Shown one piece after another: positions 47,782 through 54,570 of a stretch of 63,476 nt of DNA. How positions within the stretch are numbered: the first letter of the stretch is position 1; each line of letters begins with the position of its first letter. The notes below the pieces were generated by a model. That model did no database searches and had not been told where the DNA came from. It worked only from the letters and a program-made list of their open reading frames with translations. The stretch is from a virus (lineage: Duplodnaviria > Caudoviricetes). Where the stretch lies: the IMG/VR virus record IMGVR_UViG_3300045950_000243, positions 1-63,476 of that record. One strand, given 5' to 3'. Both the position numbers and the translations under genes were made by a program.

Positions 47782-48183
47782 TCAGCCCTCCTCGTCCTCG
47801 TCGTCGTCCCAGGCGGGGTCGAAGAGGTCGTCGCGTTCGGGCTCGTCCTCGTCCTCGTCGTCGCCCCACAGCTCGAAGTCGTCGCCCTCCTCCTTCTTGT
47901 CGGGCTCGTCGTCCTTGTCCGCCTTGTCCTCGTCGTCGCCCTTCTGGTCCTTCTCCTCGCCGTCCTTGGCCTCCTTCTTGGCCTTGCCGACGGTGCCCGG
48001 ATCGCCCTCCAGATCGTCCTTGTCCTTGGGCGTCTCGTAGTCCTCCCGCTGGGCGGCAGGCGCTCCAGCGGGAGCCACGTCTTCGAGCGTGAGCAGGTGG
48101 TTGAGCACGCGGGCGCGAGGCTCGCCCTGGAGGATGCGCTGCACGGCCTCGTCCACGTGCGCGTACAACTCGCGTCGCTTCAT
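47782..48183 (-). CDS. highly acidic protein (candidate prohead core protein)
   Basis: Asp/Glu/Lys-rich low-complexity tail; head gene cluster. Confidence 0.65.
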   Translation of the reverse strand: MKRRELYAHVDEAVQRILQGEPRARVLNHLLTLEDVAPAGAPAAQREDYETPKDKDDLEGDPGTVGKAKKEAKDGEEKDQKGDDEDKADKDDEPDKKEEGDDFELWGDDEDEDEPERDDLFDPAWDDDEDEEG

Positions 48184-48204
48184 GTCTTCGTCTCCGGTCA
48201 GGCG

Positions 48205-48564
48205 TCAGGGTGCGTCGGCCAGCTTGACGGTGTCGCCGTCGCGGACGCCGTGCTCCAGCCAGGTCTTGCCGTAGTCGGTGATGGCGTCGTCGGCGGCGCC
48301 GTCCTTGTCGCTGTCGATGAGCACCTTGATCTTGGACTTGTTGGTGGCGGCGTCGAGCCGCGCGGAATGGCCGGGCCGGATGCCGACGAACGCCAGGATG
48401 TCCGGCAGCGCGTCGATGATCGGGCGGTCGGCCATGACCCCGTGGTTGAACGTCGCGGACGTCGTGAACCCCGTGACTCCGGTCGGGTCGACCTTGACCC
48501 GGATCTGCCGCTGGAAGACGGGAACCGGAGTCGGGGTCCCGATACCGATCTGCGGGAGCGCCAC
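48205..48564 (-). CDS. hypothetical (putative structural) protein
   Basis: 119-aa ORF, high GC3. Confidence 0.65.
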   Translation of the reverse strand: MALPQIGIGTPTPVPVFQRQIRVKVDPTGVTGFTTSATFNHGVMADRPIIDALPDILAFVGIRPGHSARLDAATNKSKIKVLIDSDKDGAADDAITDYGKTWLEHGVRDGDTVKLADAP

Positions 48565-48584
48565 GGTTCGGGACCCCTACCGGA

Positions 48585-48839
48585 TCACGAGCCGCTGTAG
48601 ACGCGACGGCCGGGCATGGCCTTCTCGTCCAGCGTGTTGAGGGTGGCGTGGTCGAACTCGACGACCACGAAGGTCTTGGTCGAGCTGGAGGCGTTGAAGC
48701 TGCTCGACTTGGTGGTGTACACCTTGCACAGCGCCCGGTCCGAGGAGGGCGCGCCCTTCTGGAGGCCCTGGAAGGCCCCGTTCAGCGCCTGCTGCACGCC
48801 CAGGATCAGGTCGCTGTCCTTGATGTTCGTCAGTGCCAT
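48585..48839 (-). CDS. hypothetical protein
   Basis: 84 aa, GAGGAG RBS. Confidence 0.7.
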   Translation of the reverse strand: MALTNIKDSDLILGVQQALNGAFQGLQKGAPSSDRALCKVYTTKSSSFNASSSTKTFVVVEFDHATLNTLDEKAMPGRRVYSGS

Positions 48840-48980
48840 GGGTACAGAACTCCTCTAGTCAGAGGTCGGCGCCCTTGAACGGACGGCGCCCGTCCGAGAC
48901 CGCAGGGGAAAACGCTCCCGGGGTGACGGTCCAAGCGGCGCGCGGGACACCCCGCGGCGCACGGCCGGGAGACGGATGAA

Positions 48981-49298
48981 CTACTGCTTGTTGTACATGC
49001 TCCAGGCGACCGCGTAGGGGTTCTTGACGCCCTTGCGGCGCTTCAAGCGCTTGACGACGGGCTCCATGCCGGGCGGGGCCACTTCCTGGACCTGCGGCTC
49101 GTCACAGAGCACTTCGTCGTCCCCCGCCGGGGGACTCTTGGGCTTGGCTCAGCCCGCCTCGACGGCCTCCTGGAGGCCCTGCTGGCGGCGCTTCGCCCAC
49201 CAGGGGCTGTGGTAGTAGATGAAGGCGACGGCGGACTCCGCCACCTGGCGCGGCGGCTCGCCGTTCAGCACCCGGTCGACGCACTCCTGGATCTTCAC
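48981..49298 (-). CDS. small head-region protein with in-frame TGA (readthrough or Sec candidate)
   Basis: GTG at 49298 (GGAGG RBS) VKIQECVDRVLNGE...EAVEAG-TGA(49151-49149)-AKPK...EVAPPGMEPVVKRLKRRKGVKNPYAVAWSMYNKQ-TAG. Confidence 0.55.
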
Positions 49299-49309
49299 GG
49301 ATCGCCTCC

Positions 49310-49711
49310 CTACCCGGGCGTCTGCCAGACGCTCATGTTGCCGCTGTTCGTCATGTTGACGCAGACGACGACCTTGCCGGACGTGACGGGCGCCCGGCAG
49401 TTGGTCAGGATGAAGTCGCGGTGGTTGTAGGCGGTCTCGGTCGGCTGGTTCGACGCGCGGCTCGCCGACAACGCCACCCGATACGCGCACCAGGTCCCGT
49501 CCCGGTACTTGGCGAGGACCCAGAAGTCGAGCCCCGAGTCGCCCGCGGCGGACGTCTCGACCTTGGTCAGGACCTGCTGCACGAGCCCGACGGCGCCGGT
49601 CCCAGCGGGCTGGAGGTCCGATTCGGAACTGACGACGGGCGTCGTGCCGGCGCCCGTCACGCTGACCGAGTCGAGGATCTGCGAGATCGACCCGTGCGGA
49701 ACGTAGGCCAT
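49310..49711 (-). CDS. small beta-rich structural protein
   Basis: 133 aa; tandem with two similar genes. Confidence 0.65.
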   Translation of the reverse strand: MAYVPHGSISQILDSVSVTGAGTTPVVSSESDLQPAGTGAVGLVQQVLTKVETSAAGDSGLDFWVLAKYRDGTWCAYRVALSASRASNQPTETAYNHRDFILTNCRAPVTSGKVVVCVNMTNSGNMSVWQTPG

Positions 49712-49714
49712 GGC

Positions 49715-50131
49715 TCAGACTCCCGCGATCCAGACCGAGATCGACCCGCCCGTGCCGCCGGTCAGGGCGCCCACGTCGACCCGGACGGAGTTGGTGCCCG
49801 GCGGCCGGGTGAAGAACAGCGTCTCGCCGTGGAAGGTGTTCGCGGCCGTCTCCTTGAGGTTGACGGACACGCCCGCGCTGCCGGTGAGCGCCCGGCTGTT
49901 GTTGGTCGTCTGGACCTGGACGAACTGATCGTTCACGTTGCCCGAGGACCGCCAGCGGACCCGCAGGTTGGCCGACGTCCGCCGGGCGCCGGCCACGTCG
50001 GTGAACTCGCTCTTGACCAGGATGCCGGTGTGGTAGGCGTCGAGCGTGTAGATGTTCGCCCCGGTGCCGGCGGCGGTCACCTCGTCGAACTCCTGGAGGA
50101 AGACGCTGCGTCCTAGCGCGATCGTGGCCAT
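49715..50131 (-). CDS. small beta-rich structural protein
   Basis: Shares Y.L..Y.T...VK.EF...AN...PPG..SV...TG.G...W with 50136-50564. Confidence 0.7.
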   Translation of the reverse strand: MATIALGRSVFLQEFDEVTAAGTGANIYTLDAYHTGILVKSEFTDVAGARRTSANLRVRWRSSGNVNDQFVQVQTTNNSRALTGSAGVSVNLKETAANTFHGETLFFTRPPGTNSVRVDVGALTGGTGGSISVWIAGV

Positions 50132-50135
50132 CGGG

Positions 50136-50564
50136 TCATCCTGCGCTCAGCCACAGGGTCGCGCCGTCGCCGGTCCCCGTAGCCAGGTCGTGGTCGACGA
50201 AGTGGAGTTCGACGGACTTCACCCCCGGCGGGATCGACCGGGTATGGACGGCGCCGTGCTCCGTGTCCTGGGACACGCCTGCGGTCGCCCCGCTCTCCCG
50301 ACTGACCTGCTTCTCGTCCAGGAGGAGGCGGGAGCTGCCGTCCGCCAGCACCCCCGCCAGCCGGAACTTTACGTTGGCGTAGGGCGTCGCCGTGTTCACG
50401 AACTCAGTCTTGACGACGACCGTCGTCGCGTACGGCGGCAGCGCGTAGACGCCCGGGCTCACGGTGTTGTGGGCCTTCACCCGGTTGTGGACGCGCGTGA
50501 TCCGGCCCGACTCCAGGGTCGGGACCAGGACCAGGGTGTCGAAGTTCACCGCCAGGGTCGGCAC
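50136..50564 (-). CDS. small beta-rich structural protein
   Basis: Paralogue of 49715-50131. Confidence 0.7.
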   Translation of the reverse strand: MPTLAVNFDTLVLVPTLESGRITRVHNRVKAHNTVSPGVYALPPYATTVVVKTEFVNTATPYANVKFRLAGVLADGSSRLLLDEKQVSRESGATAGVSQDTEHGAVHTRSIPPGVKSVELHFVDHDLATGTGDGATLWLSAG

Positions 50565-50568
50565 GGGT

Positions 50569-52440
50569 TCAGCTCCGCAGGAGGCGGTGCAGGTCCTCGG
50601 ACGGCTGGCGCAGCAGATGCTCCATCCGTTGCTGGTGCTGCCACTCGCGGCACAGCTCGCAGGCGTAGTCCCACTGCCGGCGGACCCGCTTGGACTGCTC
50701 CTCCGCCCGCCCGCGCAGGTAGCCGACGAGCCCCTGCGGCCCGAGGCGGCGCATCAGCCGCCGGGCGTGCCGGTAGGTGAAGCCGTGGTTGGTCAGCGCC
50801 CGGACGATGTCCGACTTCTGCACGACATGGTAGTTCCACTCGTGCAGCCGGCGCGGACGAGCGTGCTGCATGGCCGTGCTCTCCTGACGGCGCCGCGGGG
50901 CGAACAGCTCGGCCAGCCGCGCTTCCGAGGTGTCGGTGTCGCCCTGCAGGGCGTTGCGCAGCATCCGCCGCACCGGCGGCGGCACCTCGTTCGGCCGGAC
51001 CGCCGCGTAGGCGATGGTGTCCGCCGCCAGCTCGTCGACGTTGGAGGCCGAGTAGGCCGAGGGGAACAGCCCGAGGGCGTGCAGCTTCCGGCGGACCGGC
51101 TCGAACATGGGCTGGGCGAGATCGGCGGCCACCTCGGGCTGCCAGTCGCCCATGGCGTCGTCGACCACCCGGAAGAAGGTCCGCTTGGGGTCGAAGTGCT
51201 TCCCCTGGAACGGCTTGGCCTCCTCCGGGACGCGGCTCATCCAGCCCGTGTACAGGACCGACGCGGACCCCGGCGTCCCCCGTCCGTAGACGTACCCCGC
51301 GGTCAGCAGCACCCCGAGCAGCGCCTTTGACGCCGCCTCCATGGCGAAGTCCACCGAGACCTCGCGGGTGAACTCGTGGGCCGGGCCGACCTCGTCCTCC
51401 CGCCCCACGACGCTGCCCTGGGTGGCCGAGAGGCCGATCAGGGCGATGCCCAGCTCGGGGAGGTCCTGCCGGGCCTTCTGCTCCGTCTGCCCGACGTCGA
51501 TCTGCAGCCACTCGCCGACCGAATCCACGTTGCCCTGGACCGGGACTTCCCCGCCGACCTTCTGGCTGCGGACCGGGAAGACGGCGGCGTAGCCGCCCGC
51601 GACGCTCGGGCTGTCAGGGTTGAGGAGGACGCGCACGAGCGTGCCGGCGCGGAGTTCGGCGACGCGCTTCTTGAGCTTGCCGTAAAGCGACAGGCCCCGC
51701 GCCCGCCAGGCGATCCTCAGCAGGATGCGCAGCGGGTCCTTGACGGCAGAGTTCCAGGTCTCGACCCAGGTCTCCGGGTCCGTACCGCGGTGCTGTTCCC
51801 AGCTCTTGGAGAACGCCTTCCAGGCGGCCTCCTTCGCCTCCTGGCGCACGTCGAGGGCGACGGGAAGGACCAGGCGGCGCGCTGTCGGACCGCCCCGGCG
51901 CAGGTAGTCGTAGAACGCCAGGAAGTAGTCCTTGACGTGCTTCGGGGCCGAGAACAGCCACATGTGGCCCCACTCGTGGCACAGCGCCTCGATGATGAAC
52001 GCCCGGTTGGAGATGTAGCCGAGGTCGATGGCGATCGCGTGGTCCTTGCGGTCGGCGTAGCCGCCGATGCCGCGGCCGGTGATGTAGTTGGTCTGGCCCG
52101 CCAACGGCAGGAAGATCGCCACCCGACGCGCCTGCCGGGCCCCGAGCCGTTCCAGCCGGCCGGTCGCCTGGTCCGCCGCGATGATGGCGTCCATGGCGGT
52201 GTCCTTCTCGCCCGCCGACAGGTCGCGGTAGGTGAGCACCGCCCCGACCAGCAGGTCCCCCGACAGGGGGCCGGGGTGGGACGTCCGTTCCAGGGCAAGG
52301 TAGACCCGGAACCAGCCGTGCCAGCCCAGGTCGTAGACCAGGTGCTTCTTGGCCCGCAGGAGGTCCTGGACCTCCCGGACGTGCTCGAACAGCACGTCCA
52401 GGCCCTCCAGGAGAGTGTGCGGGTAGAGCACCGTTTCCAC
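50569..52440 (-). CDS. zincin-like metallopeptidase domain protein
   Basis: GGYA...IAI...ALCHEWGH (HExxH) and distal PSAYSASNVDELAAD; GTG at 52440 with GGAGG RBS. Confidence 0.75.
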   Translation of the reverse strand: METVLYPHTLLEGLDVLFEHVREVQDLLRAKKHLVYDLGWHGWFRVYLALERTSHPGPLSGDLLVGAVLTYRDLSAGEKDTAMDAIIAADQATGRLERLGARQARRVAIFLPLAGQTNYITGRGIGGYADRKDHAIAIDLGYISNRAFIIEALCHEWGHMWLFSAPKHVKDYFLAFYDYLRRGGPTARRLVLPVALDVRQEAKEAAWKAFSKSWEQHRGTDPETWVETWNSAVKDPLRILLRIAWRARGLSLYGKLKKRVAELRAGTLVRVLLNPDSPSVAGGYAAVFPVRSQKVGGEVPVQGNVDSVGEWLQIDVGQTEQKARQDLPELGIALIGLSATQGSVVGREDEVGPAHEFTREVSVDFAMEAASKALLGVLLTAGYVYGRGTPGSASVLYTGWMSRVPEEAKPFQGKHFDPKRTFFRVVDDAMGDWQPEVAADLAQPMFEPVRRKLHALGLFPSAYSASNVDELAADTIAYAAVRPNEVPPPVRRMLRNALQGDTDTSEARLAELFAPRRRQESTAMQHARPRRLHEWNYHVVQKSDIVRALTNHGFTYRHARRLMRRLGPQGLVGYLRGRAEEQSKRVRRQWDYACELCREWQHQQRMEHLLRQPSEDLHRLLRS

Positions 52441-52462
52441 CGGATTCCGTCCTCCCGAGGGC

Positions 52463-52490
52463 TTGAATCCAGCCTGACGTGCGGTACTAT
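52463..52490 (+). promoter_or_regulatory. sigma70-type promoter with CTGAC operator half-sites
   Basis: TTGAAT-N16-TACTAT; CTGACGTG in the spacer; GACAAGTCAG at 52499-52508. Confidence 0.6.
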
Positions 52491-52533
52491 CTTGGTAGGA
52501 CAAGTCAGGTCAGGACGGACAAAGGAGAACGCG

Positions 52534-53121
52534 ATGGCAGTCAAGATGAGCCCCGAGGAGCCGGCCCGGTACGCCGGGGCGGTGCTGGCGGACCGCGAGT
52601 GGAACGGGCGGGACGACAGCGACTTCTACGCCGTCGTCTGGGACGAGGCGGAGCAGAAGGTCAAGCGGGTCGACTACGCGACCACGCGCTTCGCGTCCCG
52701 CGGCACCGCGGTGGTGGACGCCACCCCCGAGGTGGTACGCAAGGCGCGGCGCTGGTGGCGGCGGGTCGTCCTGGAGCGGGCGCTCCGGGATGCCCAGGAA
52801 GAGCACGCCAAGCCCGGGCGCGGCAAGCGGGTCAAGGTCCTGCGGGCGCGGCGGGTGAAGCCGGGCACCGAGGGGGTCGTGAAGTGGGAGGAGGCGAACC
52901 CCTTCAGGACCTACTACCGGAACGGCTACAACCACCCGGAGTCCCCGAGCAACCGCCGGGTACGGGTCGTGACCGCCGCCGGGCAGTCCCTGTGGTTCAA
53001 CGCGGAGCAGGTCGAGGTGGTCGACCCCTTCCAGGTCAACCCCTTCAGCCTGCGGCGGTACGTGCGGAACAACGAGGACGGCTACCAGTACGCCTTCGCG
53101 GCCGGCGCCGTCCTGGTGTGA
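52534..53121 (+). CDS. phage hypothetical protein
   Basis: NGRDDSDFYAVVWD...YATTR; SH3-like C-terminus; AAGGAG RBS. Confidence 0.8.
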   Translation: MAVKMSPEEPARYAGAVLADREWNGRDDSDFYAVVWDEAEQKVKRVDYATTRFASRGTAVVDATPEVVRKARRWWRRVVLERALRDAQEEHAKPGRGKRVKVLRARRVKPGTEGVVKWEEANPFRTYYRNGYNHPESPSNRRVRVVTAAGQSLWFNAEQVEVVDPFQVNPFSLRRYVRNNEDGYQYAFAAGAVLV

Positions 53122-53159
53122 AGTCCTTCGGACACGGGACAGAAGGGAGAACGCGAACC

Positions 53160-53693
53160 ATGCCACCGACCACGAACCTGTCGTCCTGGGCCGCGGCGGC
53201 GGCGGCCATCCGGGCGGCGTACAAGGCCCTCGGCTGGACCGCCCGAGACGTGTCGGTCCGGACCCGGAGCTACGCCGGGGGCGGGTCCTCGATCCACGTC
53301 ACGGTCAAGAGCCCGGACGTCGACCTGCGCAAGGCGTGGCAGATCGCCCAGGGCCAGGAGCGCGTGCGGTACGACGAGCACAGCGGCGAGATCCTGTCCG
53401 GCGGCAACCGCTTCGTCTTCGTCGAGCACGGCGCGGAGGCCCGGGCCGCCCTCGCGCAACGCCTGTTGCCGGCCCTCCAGAAGGCGGCCGAAGAGTTGAA
53501 GGACGAGCCGCCCGGGCGCTTCAAGCGCATCGAGGAGCGGTTGCTGTTCGGCAAGCCGCTGGAGCACTGGCTGGGCTGGGCGGTCGAGGTGGACAGCGCC
53601 CACGACCACCGGATGCTGCACGCCGTCCACCGGGACCTGGAGCACCTCGCCTACGCGGCGGAGCGCTACCTGCGATGGGGCGACGTGCGGTGA
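53160..53693 (+). CDS. LPD29-like domain protein
   Basis: AAAIRAAYK....VSVRTRSYAGGGSSIHV...DE.SGEILSGGNRFVFV. Confidence 0.6.
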   Translation: MPPTTNLSSWAAAAAAIRAAYKALGWTARDVSVRTRSYAGGGSSIHVTVKSPDVDLRKAWQIAQGQERVRYDEHSGEILSGGNRFVFVEHGAEARAALAQRLLPALQKAAEELKDEPPGRFKRIEERLLFGKPLEHWLGWAVEVDSAHDHRMLHAVHRDLEHLAYAAERYLRWGDVR

Positions 53694-53906
53694 ACGCGGC
53701 CCCCCATCGCCTGGAGTTGGTACGCCGGCCCCGACTGCCGGGGCCGCTACCACTACGGGGTGTTCTGGATGGCCGACTACCACCCGGGACACCCCGATGG
53801 GGAGCACGCCCGCCGGGAACGCGGCCAGCACTTCTTCGGCGTCCTGCGCCCCGAGCACCGCATCATCAAGGATCAGCGCGACCTACGAGGAGACCGGAAG
53901 CCATGA
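53690..53906 (+). pseudogene. small ORF disrupted at a C6 run, or continuing through TGA
   Basis: High-GC3 frame IAWSWYAGPDCRGRYHYGVFW...RKP* is +1 relative to GTG at 53690 and in frame with the upstream TGA. Confidence 0.45.
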
Positions 53907-54130
53907 ACCTGACCTTCCGGCCCGAAACGCAGACCAAGCAGTACGTCGCCGTCGTCCGCAGCCGTTGGGGCCGCTTCCGGGTGTTCACCACGGGCGACGA
54001 GCGCTACTACCTGTTCGACAGCCTCGACGCGCACGGCTGCTCGACGGGCCTCCAGTTTCCGGTCAAGAAGTCCGACCTGCGTCCGGACGTCCGCCGGGCG
54101 CTGCGCCACGGCTGCGGAGTCCGCCGATGA
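53903..54130 (+). CDS. hypothetical protein
   Basis: MNLTFRPETQTKQY...; GAGGAG RBS. Confidence 0.7.
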   Translation: MNLTFRPETQTKQYVAVVRSRWGRFRVFTTGDERYYLFDSLDAHGCSTGLQFPVKKSDLRPDVRRALRHGCGVRR

Positions 54131-54303
54131 GGTGCGGCGTATGCCTCCATCCGCTGGTCAAGGTCGGCTTCCGGATCAAGGAGTACCGGCGCGTGGACGG
54201 CGGCGTCTACAAGAGGATCGCGTGGCCGCGGTACGCCTCCTGCCCGCGCCTCAACGACCCGCGGTTCCATCCCAAGCACAAGCCGATCGGCGCGACCCGC
54301 TAG
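54127..54303 (+). CDS. small Cys/His protein
   Basis: MRCGVCLHP...CPRLNDPRFH; ATGA coupling. Confidence 0.6.
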   Translation: MRCGVCLHPLVKVGFRIKEYRRVDGGVYKRIAWPRYASCPRLNDPRFHPKHKPIGATR

Positions 54304-54569
54304 TGCTCGAAGCGGCCGGCGCGGACGAACCCGTGCAGGCCGCACAACCCCACGACGAGGTAGGACGGTTCGAGCGTCAGGTCCTCGACCGTCGACCCGG
54401 ACACCCGCCGCCAGACCGGGCTCTCGGGGTCGCTGCTGCCGGCGTCCGAGAACGGGATCATGCAGCGGTGCTGCCCGCACTTCGGGCAGTGGAACCACAG
54501 GTGCTGCACGCCCGGCGTCGTGCTGCGGTGGAGTTCGGCGTCCAGGGTCGAGAGCGCGACCGAGGCCAT
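54300..54569 (-). CDS. DUF6527-like zinc-binding protein
   Basis: FHCPKCGQH...W...LTLEPS....C.LHGFVRAG. Confidence 0.65.
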   Translation of the reverse strand: MASVALSTLDAELHRSTTPGVQHLWFHCPKCGQHRCMIPFSDAGSSDPESPVWRRVSGSTVEDLTLEPSYLVVGLCGLHGFVRAGRFEH

Positions 54570-54570
54570 G

